Both the position numbers and the translations under genes were made by a program. Shown here one piece after another: positions 48,986 through 58,446 of a stretch of DNA of 64,000 nt. Each line of letters starts with the position of its first letter. Position 1 is the stretch's first letter. The DNA lies in the NCBI GenBank assembly GCA_964291235.2, contig OZ219815.1, positions 192,001-256,000 on the forward strand, in the 5' to 3' direction. The stretch is from Vicinamibacteria bacterium (GTDB lineage: Bacteria; Acidobacteriota; Vicinamibacteria; Marinacidobacterales; Marinacidobacteraceae). The notes under the pieces are model-generated. The model was given only the letters and a program-made list of their open reading frames with translations, made no database searches and was not told the DNA's origin.

Positions 48986-49218
48986 TTAGCAGCCGGTGGC
49001 AAAACCCCCGCGGCCCAGTTCTCCCGGTGGGGGCCTCGCTCACGCGGGTTTCAGCACAGGCTGCCAGGCGTAGGAGCCGCCCCGCGGGCGTCCTGCTTCA
49101 GCCCGACTTTTCCACATTCCTGCGCTCGGCGGGAAGAAATCGGCGCGGTCTTCGTCCGGAGTCATGGAGGGACTACCCGTGGACCAACCCAAAGAACAGC
49201 CGAGGCCTACCGGGGCCG

Positions 49219-49247
49219 TTGCCGCGGCCGGCAAAGCGCCCTACACT
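49219..49247 (+). promoter_or_regulatory. Sigma70-type promoter of coiled-coil gene 1
   Basis: TTGCCG-17 nt-TACACT; conserved in front of the paralog. Confidence 0.7.
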
Positions 49248-49274
49248 GCGGCGCGTGAGAGGAAGGATCGGTCA

Positions 49275-49964
49275 GTGAACGGAGCGGCAGCCGACGGGTT
49301 CCCCCAGGCGCTCGACCGCCGGCTCACCGAGGGGCTGAACCTGCTCCACGGGCGGCTTGATCTGATCCACGAGGACGTCCGCGAGAACCGGGGGGACATC
49401 AAGGGACTCCGGAAGGAGTTGTGGGACGGGCTCAAGGAGGCTGCCGCGGACCGGGCGGGACTGGCGGAGAAAGCGGAACTCGCTGCGATTACAGACTCGC
49501 AGCAGCAGCTCGTCGGGTCCGTCAACCGGTTGCTGGAGCACGCCGGGAACACGGACCGGCGATTCGAGGCCGTGGATCGCCGGCTCGCCGCTCTCGAAGA
49601 GGGACAGGAACAGCTTGTCGCGTCGGTCAACCGGTTGGTGGAGCACGCCGCAAACGCGGACCGGCGATTCGAGGTCGTGGATCGCCGGCTCGCCACTCTC
49701 GAAGAGGGGCAGCAGCAGCTGGTCGGGTCCGTCAACCGATTGCTGGAGCACGCCGCGAACACGGACCTGCGGCTCACCGCTCTTGAAGGGGGGCAGCGGG
49801 AACTCATCGCGAAGGTCAGTACCTCCCTGGAGCGGAGCGAAGGGGTTGCCTGGACCCGGCGTCAGGTTCTGGCCGGGGTGGCCGCTGGCATCACCTTGTT
49901 GGTCGTCGGCGCGCTCCTGCAGCCGCTGCTGGAACGGGTGGTCGCGGCGCTCGCCGGGGGGTAA
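49275..49964 (+). CDS. C-terminally anchored coiled-coil protein (paralog 1) with 35-aa repeats
   Basis: GTG start after AGGAAGGA; heptad repeats QQQLVGSVNRLLEHA...; C-terminal TM helix. Confidence 0.75.
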   Translation: MNGAAADGFPQALDRRLTEGLNLLHGRLDLIHEDVRENRGDIKGLRKELWDGLKEAAADRAGLAEKAELAAITDSQQQLVGSVNRLLEHAGNTDRRFEAVDRRLAALEEGQEQLVASVNRLVEHAANADRRFEVVDRRLATLEEGQQQLVGSVNRLLEHAANTDLRLTALEGGQRELIAKVSTSLERSEGVAWTRRQVLAGVAAGITLLVVGALLQPLLERVVAALAGG

Positions 49965-50029
49965 CCCCCGCGCGACCGCCGCTTCGGAGCAGGCGGCTGG
50001 CGGGCGCGAACGGACTAGAGTTCATACAA

Positions 50030-50737
50030 ATGAAGAGTGACGTTCGCCACTACCGGGGCAATCAGGCTTCGGTCACGTTTGATGTGCCGCGCTGCATTCA
50101 TGCGGAGGTCTGCGTCAGGGGACAGCCGCAGGTATTCGATGTGTCGCGCCGCCCCTGGATCCTGCCGGACGCGGGAGAGCCCAAACGCCTCGAACGGGTC
50201 GTGCAGGGCTGTCCCACCGGAGCGCTCCGCATGGCGCCCCCGACCGACCAGAAGGTCGAGAAGGGCGCCGCCGCGGCCGCGACCATCCTGCCGGAGGAGC
50301 CGCGGAAGAAGAACTCGGTCTCCGTGGTCGCGGACGGGCCGTTTTACGCGCGCGGCAACCTCGAAATCGAAGCGGCGCCCAGCGCCGAGGCCGTGAGCTC
50401 CGAGATCGTGAAGGACACCCGGGTCGCCTTCTGCCGCTGCGGGCATTCGGAGAACAAGCCGCTCTGCGACCAGTCGCACGAGCGCGTCGGATTCCGCTGC
50501 GAAGCCGCGGTTCCGCCCCGTCCCGAAGCGGCGCCGCCGGTCGGCGACGAGTCGGCGCCGGTCCGCTTCACCCCTTTTCCGAACGGACCGCTGGCCTTCC
50601 GCGGCCCCCTCACCATCTCGGGACGCGGGGGCGCGAGGGTGACGCTCGACCAGGGGAAACTCTGCCGGTGCGGGCATTCGAAGAACAAGCCGTTCTGCGA
50701 CGGTTCGCATCGGGACGCGGGGTTTACGGCACCTTAG
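50030..50737 (+). CDS. Divergent 4Fe-4S mono-cluster domain fused to two CDGSH-type Fe-S domains
   Basis: CIHAEVC...RPWI.PD...CPTGAL, CRCGHSENKPLCDQSH and CRCGHSKNKPFCDGSH. Confidence 0.9.
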   Translation: MKSDVRHYRGNQASVTFDVPRCIHAEVCVRGQPQVFDVSRRPWILPDAGEPKRLERVVQGCPTGALRMAPPTDQKVEKGAAAAATILPEEPRKKNSVSVVADGPFYARGNLEIEAAPSAEAVSSEIVKDTRVAFCRCGHSENKPLCDQSHERVGFRCEAAVPPRPEAAPPVGDESAPVRFTPFPNGPLAFRGPLTISGRGGARVTLDQGKLCRCGHSKNKPFCDGSHRDAGFTAP

Positions 50738-50951
50738 GCGCTGACGGCGGGCGGGCTCCCGCCGGGCCGAATCACGGGCGCTCCTCCGGCGGTTTCCCGT
50801 GCCGGAACGCCGCCTGCCGCACGGGCGCACTCCAATCCGACTTTTCCACATCGCTGCGCCGCGGTGGGAAGAAATCTGCGCGGTTCTCGTCTGTAGTAGT
50901 GAGGGAACCGAGTGATGAACCAACCGAAGACGAAACCGCTGGCCGCGGCCG

Positions 50952-50980
50952 TTGCTCCGAATCCAAAGTCGCCCTACACT
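50952..50980 (+). promoter_or_regulatory. Sigma70-type promoter of coiled-coil gene 2
   Basis: TTGCTC-17 nt-TACACT. Confidence 0.7.
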
Positions 50981-51007
50981 GCGGCGCAGCGCGGTAAGGA
51001 TAAAGTG

Positions 51008-51784
51008 GTGAACGGAGCGGAAGCCAACTCGCTCGAAGCGCTGGACCGCCGGACGACCGAGGGTTTCAATCTGATCCACGGCCGGCTCGACGTAATCCAG
51101 GAAGATGTCCGCGAGAACCGGCGGGACATCAAGGGCCTCCGCAAAGAGCTCTGGGACGGACTCCGAGAGGCTGCCGTCGACCGGGCGCAACTCGCGTCCA
51201 AGGCCGATCTCGAAAGGTTCGCGGAATCCGCCGAAGCCGATCGACGCAGGATCGAGACGGAGGCGGCCGCCCAGCGAGCGCAACTCGCGTCCAAGGCCGA
51301 TCTCGAAAGGCTCGCGGAGGACGCCGCCGCCGATCGGCACAGAATCGAGACGGAGGCGGCCGCCCAGCGAGCGCAACTCGCGCCGAGGGTTGATCTCGAA
51401 AAGGTTGCGGAAAACGCCGCCGCGGATCGGCGCAGGATCGAAACCGAAGCCGCCGCCGATCGGCGCAGGATCGAAACCGAAGCCGCCGCCGATCGGCGCA
51501 GGATCGAAACCGAGGCCGCCGCGGATCGGCGCAGGATCGAGAACAAGTTGGACGCTGCGCTTGCGGCGTTTCGAGCAGAAATGAACGAGCGGTTCGCTGC
51601 CCAGGAAAGCTCGCAGCGGGAGTTGATCGCGATGGTCAGCACCTTGGTCGAGCGGACCGAAGCCGCCACCTGGACTCATCGCAGGCTGTGGGTTGCGGTA
51701 GCGGCGGGAACGAGTCTTCTGGTGATCGGGGCCGTGATGCGACCGCTGCTCGAGCGGGCGGTCGCGGCGCTGCTCGGGGGATAG
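51008..51784 (+). CDS. C-terminally anchored coiled-coil protein (paralog 2) with 31-aa and 11-aa repeats
   Basis: GTG start (51005 or 51008) after TAAGGA; ASKADL and DRRRIETEAAA repeats; C-terminal TM helix. Confidence 0.75.
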   Translation: MNGAEANSLEALDRRTTEGFNLIHGRLDVIQEDVRENRRDIKGLRKELWDGLREAAVDRAQLASKADLERFAESAEADRRRIETEAAAQRAQLASKADLERLAEDAAADRHRIETEAAAQRAQLAPRVDLEKVAENAAADRRRIETEAAADRRRIETEAAADRRRIETEAAADRRRIENKLDAALAAFRAEMNERFAAQESSQRELIAMVSTLVERTEAATWTHRRLWVAVAAGTSLLVIGAVMRPLLERAVAALLGG

Positions 51785-51894
51785 CGCCTTTCCCGTGCCA
51801 GCGTGCCGCGGCGTGGCCTACCGGGGTTCGCGCTGACGCTGGGGGAGTCCGTCCACCGTCCGACCAGCGTGCGGCGTCGGGCGGGAGCCCCGCG

Positions 51895-52968
51895 TCAGGG
51901 CGTCAGGGCGCGGGCGTCGAAGAGCCGGTAGGCGCGTTCCACCGCGATCTGAGGGGCGCCCGGTTCCGTGACCGACGGGAAGTGCTCCCCGTGGGCGGTG
52001 AGATCGAGGGCGCCGGCTGCTTCCGCCGCCGGGACGCCCTCCGCGTGCGCGGCCTCCGCCTGCGCCCAGAAGTCATCCAGGTAGGCGGCGAGGTATTCGA
52101 GCTTCGCCTTGTCCTCGAACGGCGGGCCGTGACCGGGGAGCACGAGGTCGAAGTCCAACTCGGCGAAGGCCCGGATCGTCTCGCCCCATTCGGGATACCC
52201 GTCCCCCATGAACGGCAGCCCGAAGGGGATCAGGTCACCCGTCATCAACACCTTCTGCTCCGGCATGAAGACCACCACGTCGCCCGCGGTGTGGCCGAGT
52301 CCCATGAACAGGAGCTGGATCTCCTGGCCGCCCCGGTGGAGGGTCATCCGCCGCTCCAGGGTGAGGGTCGGAGGCACCGGGGTCACCGCCGCCGTCGCCT
52401 CCTGGTAGGCCCGCGTCATGGCCAGCGCTTCGGCGAGGTCGGCGCGATCGGCCTCCGAAGCCGCCTCCAGCCGGCTCTCGAGCGTCGCGATCTGCTCCGG
52501 CAGGGTGCCGACGAAGGCGTCCCAGGCGGTCCCCGAATTCGATCCGCCGCCCGCGACCACGTCGTAGGTGGTCTCGTGGCCGAGGATTTCCACCTCGTCG
52601 CCGAAGACCTGGTTCCCGTGGATGTGGTCGAAGTGGAAGTGTGTGTTCACCACGTAGCGGACGGGCTTGGGGGTCAGCGGCGAGAGTTCGTCGAGGAGCA
52701 CCCACGCCGCCGCCGGGGTGATGTGCGAGTCCACCAGCAGCAACGAGGCGCCGAGATCGACGACCGTGGCGTTCGCACCCACGTTCATGGCGCCGGTTCC
52801 CACCGCGTGCCAGATGCCGGGGCGCACCTCGGTGATCTCGAAGGCCGCCCCCTCATGGGCCATCGAGCCGGGCGGCGGCGGGTCCTCCGCTGGCGGCGGC
52901 GTGCCGCAGGCGGCCAGCAACGCGAAGAGCGCGAGAGGAGCGAGCGGCTCCAGATTCCGATACGTCAT
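51895..52968 (-). CDS. MBL-fold metallo-hydrolase lipoprotein
   Basis: LLAAC lipobox, THFHFDHIHGN, GHTAGD, TGD and PGHG. Confidence 0.9.
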   Translation of the reverse strand: MTYRNLEPLAPLALFALLAACGTPPPAEDPPPPGSMAHEGAAFEITEVRPGIWHAVGTGAMNVGANATVVDLGASLLLVDSHITPAAAWVLLDELSPLTPKPVRYVVNTHFHFDHIHGNQVFGDEVEILGHETTYDVVAGGGSNSGTAWDAFVGTLPEQIATLESRLEAASEADRADLAEALAMTRAYQEATAAVTPVPPTLTLERRMTLHRGGQEIQLLFMGLGHTAGDVVVFMPEQKVLMTGDLIPFGLPFMGDGYPEWGETIRAFAELDFDLVLPGHGPPFEDKAKLEYLAAYLDDFWAQAEAAHAEGVPAAEAAGALDLTAHGEHFPSVTEPGAPQIAVERAYRLFDARALTP

Positions 52969-54389
52969 GAATCCTGCCTCCGTGAGGCCATCTTGCCAGA
53001 AGCCGGCAGCTCGTGCTCCAGCGCGTCGGCGAGTTGGAGTACCCCGAAGTCACCGCGGGGACGGCCGACGATCTGGAGCCCCACCGGAAGCCCCTCGGGC
53101 GTGGTCCCCGCGGGAACGGAGACGGCGGGACAGCCCAGCAGCGACACCCAGGCGCAGGACGCCATCCAGTCGGTGTAGGTCTTCATCGGCACCCCGGCGA
53201 TCTCGGTCGGGTACTCGACGGTGAGGTCGAACGGCGGCACCTGCGAGACCGGCAGCGCCAGGAATTCGTGCCGGTCGAAGAAGGTGTGCATCCGGCGCAG
53301 CAGCGCCGTCCAGCAGCGGGTGGCTTCCCCCAGTGCCGGCGCGTCGAGCGCCCTGCCCTGCTCGATGTTCCAGATCACCGTGTCCTTCATCGCCTCGCGG
53401 TGGCGGTCGAGCAGCGGGCCCCACTGGAATTCGAAGTACCAGGCCCGCCAGCGGTCGAAGGCCAGCGCGGCGCCCTCCATGTCCGGCGCCGCGTCCTCGA
53501 CGGCGCAGCCGAGCCCTTCGAGGGTGCGCCGCGCCGGGGCGAGCGCCGCCGGCACCCGCGGATCGAAGGGGACGCCCCCAAAATCGGTGCTCCACGCCAC
53601 CCGGACTCCGGCGAAGTCCCGCGCCAGCGGCTGCCGGAAGACGGCTCCCGGTTCCGCCAGCGAGAGCGGCGCTCGCGGATCCGGCCCCGCGATGGCGCTC
53701 AGCATGAGCGCCGCGTCCGCCGCGCTCCGGGCCATCGGCCCCTGCACCGGCACCGGGAACCACGGCGTCTCATCGGGCCATACGGGCACCCGCCCGGGCG
53801 AAGGCCGGAAGCCGACCACCCCGCAAAAGCTCGCCGGGTTCCGCAGCGAGCCGCCGTAGTCGCTCCCGTCGGCGAGCGGGACCATCCCCGCGGCGAGCGC
53901 CACCGCCGCACCCCCGCTGCTCCCGCCGCAGGTCTTCGTCTCGTCCCACGGATTCCGGGTGGGTCCGAACACCGGGTTGAAGGTCTGGGAGCCCGCGCCG
54001 AACTCGGGAGTGTTCGTCTTGCCGATGGAGATCGCCCCCGCCGCCCGCAGGCGTTCCACGATCAGCGCGTCCTCGTCCGGGACGAAGTCGGCGAAGATCG
54101 GCGACCCGAAGGTCGTCCGGATACCCTGGGTGAGGGTCAGGTCCTTGTGGGCGACGGGCAGGCCGTGGAGCGGCCCCAGCGTCTCGCCCGCGGCCACCAC
54201 CCGATCGGCCTTCGCAGCATCGGCGAGCAGTGTCTCCTCCGGCCGGAGGGTGACGATCGCGTTGAGGCGCGGGTTCACCTCCTCGATCCGGGCGAGATGC
54301 GCCTTCATCACCTCCACGGCGGATACCTCGCGGCGCACCATGAGCCGGACCAGCTCACGCGCCGGCGTGGCGCACAGACCGGACATCAC
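52965..54389 (-). CDS. Amidase (amidase signature family)
   Basis: GPLHGLPVAHKD, GKTNTPEF, GGSSGGAA and GSDYGGSLRNPA. Confidence 0.93.
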   Translation of the reverse strand: MMSGLCATPARELVRLMVRREVSAVEVMKAHLARIEEVNPRLNAIVTLRPEETLLADAAKADRVVAAGETLGPLHGLPVAHKDLTLTQGIRTTFGSPIFADFVPDEDALIVERLRAAGAISIGKTNTPEFGAGSQTFNPVFGPTRNPWDETKTCGGSSGGAAVALAAGMVPLADGSDYGGSLRNPASFCGVVGFRPSPGRVPVWPDETPWFPVPVQGPMARSAADAALMLSAIAGPDPRAPLSLAEPGAVFRQPLARDFAGVRVAWSTDFGGVPFDPRVPAALAPARRTLEGLGCAVEDAAPDMEGAALAFDRWRAWYFEFQWGPLLDRHREAMKDTVIWNIEQGRALDAPALGEATRCWTALLRRMHTFFDRHEFLALPVSQVPPFDLTVEYPTEIAGVPMKTYTDWMASCAWVSLLGCPAVSVPAGTTPEGLPVGLQIVGRPRGDFGVLQLADALEHELPASGKMASRRQDS

Positions 54390-56014
54390 GAACAGGACGT
54401 GGTCAGCCGCGTAGTCAGTTCGACGAGGCCTCCCCGGCCGGGCAGGGCGCCGTCCAGCCAGAGCACCCGGCGCCCGCGACGCTTGAGTTCCTCGTAGTCC
54501 GCCGCCGCCTGGAGCCGGGCGAAGGCGCCGAGGCCGAGCCCGGCCAGGGTGGAGGGCAAATCAGGGCTCGCCGGGATGACGACATCCGGTCCGGGACTCC
54601 AGGTCAGCATCAGGACCGCGAGGTCCGGGGGGCCGCCCTTTTCGATCTGACCGAGCGAGTGCAGGAGCGCGGACCCGAACCCGAGCGCCGGCGTCACCCG
54701 GAACCGCGCGGCGAACTGCCGCTGGAGCGCGTGGAGCAACCCTTCTGAAATCCGGCTCCGGTGGCCGAAGGCGTTGATGACGAGCCCTCCTTCCGCCGCC
54801 TGCGCGAGGAACTCCCGGATCTCGGAATCGGAGACCGCCGCCGGCAGCGGAGCCGACCCCGGATTCGCCGCCAGCCGGCGGGCGGCATCCTTCGTGCCCT
54901 CGACGTCCGGCTGGTCGTAGGGATCCACCCCCATCCGGAAGGCCGCGACGGAGACCGCGATCTGCCAGCGGAAAATGAAGGACAGGCGGCCGGACTCGTC
55001 CGGTGGGCAGTGAATCGCCGGGACCCCCTCGCCCGCTCCGCTCTCGAGCCGCTCCCGGTCCTTGCCCTCCGCCGGACCCAGATGGATCACCAGGGTGGTG
55101 TCCGCCAGGCGCTCGGGGTGCGGCGGCTCGCAGACCACCGGCAGGATCCCGGTTCCCGCCTTCCCGCTGGTCTCCGCGAAGAGCTGCTCCAGCCAGGGGA
55201 GCACTCCCTCCGACCCGGGCGACGCGGTGAGGTGCGCGTGCCAGCGTCCCGCCGCCCGTAACCGGGCGAGCAGCGCGCCCAGCCGGAAGGCGGGCTCCGT
55301 CTCCGGATGACCCGCATCGAGCGCCTCCCGCAGGCGGCGCACTCCGTCGAGCTCCCCATTCAACTCGCACCCGGCGAGGACCGCCGGCAGGAGTCCGAAG
55401 GCGCTGAGGGCCGAGAAACGCCCGCCCACGTCTTCCCTGCCGGCGAACCGCCGCCGGTAGCCGGCCCGCTCGGCCCACCGGTAGAGCGGCGACCCCGCGT
55501 CGCTGACCGCCAGGAAATGGCGGCCGGGCGCGGCGCCGGCCTCCCGGAGCCGCTCGAAGATCACCGCTTCGAGCGCCCGGGTCTCCACCGTGGTCCCCGA
55601 TTTCGAGGCAATCAGGAACACGGTCTTCAGGAGGCGGTGCGGCGGAACGACCTCCCGGACCGCTTCGGGCGCGAGGCTGTCGAGGAACTGCACTGCGAGC
55701 CCGCGAGCCCGGGGAAGTCCCGAGAGGAGCGCCCGCGGGGCAAGGGCGGAACCGCCCATCGCCACCACCACCAGATGCTCGAAGCCGTCGGCGAGCAGTT
55801 CCTCGCGAAGCCGGACGTACTCGGGCAGTTCCCGGGTGGCGGTGAGCGGCAGGTCCACCCAGCCGAGGCGGTCCTCCGCGCCCCGCGAGCCGGTCGCGCC
55901 CAGCCCGCCGGGAGGCTGCCAGTCGGTCCACGGCTCGGCTTCGCCTGCCGGGAGGGAGGCCAGCGGGCGCACCGACGGGCGGCCGTCGGTGGTGTCCCAG
56001 AGGCTCCAGGTCAT
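54386..56014 (-). CDS. Glucose-6-phosphate isomerase-like protein (SIS domains; divergent)
   Basis: RLGWVD, MGGSAL, SKSGTTVET, VGGRFSALS, EQLFAETSGK, DPYDQPDVE and LHSLGQ. The start is uncertain. Confidence 0.8.
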   Translation of the reverse strand: MTWSLWDTTDGRPSVRPLASLPAGEAEPWTDWQPPGGLGATGSRGAEDRLGWVDLPLTATRELPEYVRLREELLADGFEHLVVVAMGGSALAPRALLSGLPRARGLAVQFLDSLAPEAVREVVPPHRLLKTVFLIASKSGTTVETRALEAVIFERLREAGAAPGRHFLAVSDAGSPLYRWAERAGYRRRFAGREDVGGRFSALSAFGLLPAVLAGCELNGELDGVRRLREALDAGHPETEPAFRLGALLARLRAAGRWHAHLTASPGSEGVLPWLEQLFAETSGKAGTGILPVVCEPPHPERLADTTLVIHLGPAEGKDRERLESGAGEGVPAIHCPPDESGRLSFIFRWQIAVSVAAFRMGVDPYDQPDVEGTKDAARRLAANPGSAPLPAAVSDSEIREFLAQAAEGGLVINAFGHRSRISEGLLHALQRQFAARFRVTPALGFGSALLHSLGQIEKGGPPDLAVLMLTWSPGPDVVIPASPDLPSTLAGLGLGAFARLQAAADYEELKRRGRRVLWLDGALPGRGGLVELTTRLTTSCS

Positions 56015-56163
56015 GGTGTTGGTCGGTCGGAAAGTCGGAGGAACCGGCCCGCCAGTGACCTGGACACCCGGTGATCCCGCCAACCCGCGTCGGCAGCCGG
56101 CGTCGGGCTACCATTGACGAGCCGGCTTCCGCGCCGTCGGCGGGCAGCCGGGGGAGCGTACCA

Positions 56164-57204
56164 ATGAGCCATCTCGTCAAGACTTCGAAACGAACGCGAT
56201 TCGAAAAAAGCCCGGTCGGCGGTTCCGTCACCGACCCCAAGGTTTTCTTCAACCGCCGGTCCATCGTGAAGGCGCTCGGCAGCGCCGCGCTGGTCGGGCC
56301 CTACACGATGGCCTGCAGCAGCGACGCCGAGGGCGCGGAACTGCTCGATATCCCGTATTCCCGTCCCGACGTGTTTCCGGCCCAGAGGAACGAGGCCTAC
56401 CAGGTTCCCGAGATGATCGAGCGCAAGGACCTGATGGCGCGCGAGGTCGCGGGTTCGCACAACAACTTCTACGAGTTCCTCGCGGGCCGCGGCGGCGCGG
56501 TGTGGAAGCTCTCCGGCGACTACAAGCCGGTGCCCTGGGCGGTCGAGGTGACCGGCGAGTGCAACAAGCCGCAGACCTTCGACCTCGACGACCTGCTCAA
56601 GTTCGAGCACGAGGAGCGGATCTACCACTTCCGCTGCGTCGAGCGCTGGGCGATGAACGTGCCCTGGACGGGATTTCCGCTCTCCGCGCTGCTGAACGCG
56701 GTGGAGCCGAACTCAAACGCCCGCTACGTGGGGTTCACCAGCCTCAACCGCCCCGAGGAGATGCCCGGACTGGCCTCGAGCAATTGGTACCCGTGGCCGT
56801 ATCACGAGGCGCTGCGGATGGACGAGGCGATGAATCCGTTGGCGCTCGTGGTCACCGGCATTTACGGCGACCCGCTGGTGCGCCAGCACGGGGCTCCCAT
56901 CCGGCTCGCGATCCCCTGGAAGTACGGCTACAAGGGTCCCAAGGCGGTGGTGAAGATCGAGCTGACCACCCGGCAGCCGCCCTTCTTCTGGGAGATGCAG
57001 GAGCACGAGTACGGGTTCTTGTCGAACATCAATCCGAACATCCCGCACCCCCGCTGGAGCCAGGCGGAGTCCTACTGGCTGGACAACCGGGCGCCCTTCC
57101 CGACCCCGCTCTTCAACGGCTACGCGGACCAGGTGGCGTCGCTCTACCCGGACGAGCCGATGACTCCGCAGCGGGCGCTGCGGATGGGCCAGAAAGCGCG
57201 CTGA
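56164..57204 (+). CDS. msrP: Protein-methionine-sulfoxide reductase catalytic subunit MsrP
   Basis: FFNRRSIVK Tat motif, NNFYEF, RCVERW, LRMDEAMN, PWKYGYK and HPRWSQ. Confidence 0.92.
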   Translation: MSHLVKTSKRTRFEKSPVGGSVTDPKVFFNRRSIVKALGSAALVGPYTMACSSDAEGAELLDIPYSRPDVFPAQRNEAYQVPEMIERKDLMAREVAGSHNNFYEFLAGRGGAVWKLSGDYKPVPWAVEVTGECNKPQTFDLDDLLKFEHEERIYHFRCVERWAMNVPWTGFPLSALLNAVEPNSNARYVGFTSLNRPEEMPGLASSNWYPWPYHEALRMDEAMNPLALVVTGIYGDPLVRQHGAPIRLAIPWKYGYKGPKAVVKIELTTRQPPFFWEMQEHEYGFLSNINPNIPHPRWSQAESYWLDNRAPFPTPLFNGYADQVASLYPDEPMTPQRALRMGQKAR

Positions 57205-57216
57205 CCGCGGCTACCG

Positions 57217-57573
57217 ATGCCCTGGCTTGCGGTCGGCGCCGCCGCGATGCTGCTCGGAGTGATCGCCGGCGCTTTCGGCGCCCACGGTCTGGCGTCCCAG
57301 CTTGACGCCCGTTCGCTCCAGACCTTCGAGACCGCGGTCCGCTATCACCTGATCCACGGGTTGGGCCTGCTGGCGGTCGGGGCGCTGGCGGGCGGCCCCC
57401 TCGGCTGGGCGGCCGGGGCCCTGATGACCGCCGGCATCGTGCTGTTTTCGGGAAGCCTCTACTGGCTCGCGGTCGGCGGCCCGTCCTGGCTGGGGCCGGT
57501 GACGCCGCTCGGCGGACTCTGCCTGATCGCCGCCTGGGGCTGTCTTCTCGTGGACTTCCACCGCCAGTCATGA
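57217..57573 (+). CDS. DUF423 family membrane protein
   Basis: GAFGAHG, TAVRYHLIH, GIVLFSGSLY and TPLGG. Confidence 0.9.
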   Translation: MPWLAVGAAAMLLGVIAGAFGAHGLASQLDARSLQTFETAVRYHLIHGLGLLAVGALAGGPLGWAAGALMTAGIVLFSGSLYWLAVGGPSWLGPVTPLGGLCLIAAWGCLLVDFHRQS

Positions 57574-58067
57574 GCGCGCCGGACGGGCGGAAGGCGTTTC
57601 AGGACCACTACCCGGCAGCCACGCAGCACTGCTACGGGTGTGGGTCGCGGAACCGCGACGGCTACCGGATCCGGAGCTTCGCCGAGGGTGACGAGGCGGT
57701 TTGCCGCTTCACTCCCGAGCCGTTCCACACCGCGGTCCCGGGCGCCGTGTACGGAGGGCTGATCGCCTCGCTGATCGACTGCCACGGCACCGGAACGGCG
57801 GCCTGGGAAGCGTACCGGGCAGCCGGTCGGCCGATGGACAGCGAGCCGTCGCTGCGGTTCGTCACCGGATCGCTCCAGGTGACCTACCGGAAGCCCACGC
57901 CGCTCGGCGTGGAGCTGATCCTCCGGGCCCGGGCGACCGAGGTCACCGACCGGAAGGTGCGGGTGCGGGTTCAGGTCGAAGCCGACGGGGTGGTCACCGC
58001 CGAGGGAGAAGTGGTGGCGGTGCGGATCCCGGAGGCCTGGCTGGAGAGCCTCGCCGGCGGAGCCTGA
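57570..58067 (+). CDS. PaaI family thioesterase
   Basis: CYGCG, YGGLIASLIDCHG and VTGSLQVTYRKPTP. Confidence 0.85.
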   Translation: MSAPDGRKAFQDHYPAATQHCYGCGSRNRDGYRIRSFAEGDEAVCRFTPEPFHTAVPGAVYGGLIASLIDCHGTGTAAWEAYRAAGRPMDSEPSLRFVTGSLQVTYRKPTPLGVELILRARATEVTDRKVRVRVQVEADGVVTAEGEVVAVRIPEAWLESLAGGA

Positions 58068-58118
58068 CGCAGGGGCCGTCCAACCCGCATCGCAGGCCAC
58101 CGGGCCGCGAAGGTCAGT

Positions 58119-58139
58119 TAGACTAGTTTGACTAGTCAA
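58119..58139 (+). promoter_or_regulatory. TA operator/promoter: tandem GACTAGT sites with perfect palindrome TTGACTAGTCAA
   Basis: TAGACTAGTTTGACTAGTCAA immediately upstream of the antitoxin; TAGACT could serve as the -10. Confidence 0.65.
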
Positions 58140-58147
58140 TCTTGATC

Positions 58148-58423
58148 ATGAACCTGACCTTTTCCACCTACGAGGCCAAGGCCCGCTTTTCCGAAGTCAT
58201 CCGACTGGTCCGCGAGGGACGCACCGTGCAGATCTCCTACCACGGCAAACCAGTGGCCGAAGTCCGGCCCCTCGAGGAAAAGAAGAAGTCCATCGAAGAG
58301 CACTTTGCCGATCTGGAGCGTCGCGGGATCGTTTCGCCGCCGGCAGAGCCGGGTCCGTTCCGTCCCGGGCCGGTGGTTCGCAGGCCGGGAGCGCTCCAAC
58401 GCTTCCTTGACGAACGCGACTGA
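58148..58423 (+). CDS. Phd/YefM family antitoxin
   Basis: STYEAKARFSEVIRLVREG...ISYHGKPVAEV. Confidence 0.9.
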   Translation: MNLTFSTYEAKARFSEVIRLVREGRTVQISYHGKPVAEVRPLEEKKKSIEEHFADLERRGIVSPPAEPGPFRPGPVVRRPGALQRFLDERD

Positions 58424-58446
58424 CGAACGCGACTGACGAACGCGAA
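58408..58446 (+). repeat. 13-bp tandem repeat, three copies, at the antitoxin-toxin junction
   Basis: TGACGAACGCGAC TGACGAACGCGAC TGACGAACGCGAA. Confidence 0.9.

Noticed and set aside
49040-49234. Small minus-strand ORF similar to 50772-50966 (shared RADFFPP)
   Set aside because: The similarity breaks by a frameshift right after the motif, so it is better explained as duplicated non-coding DNA.
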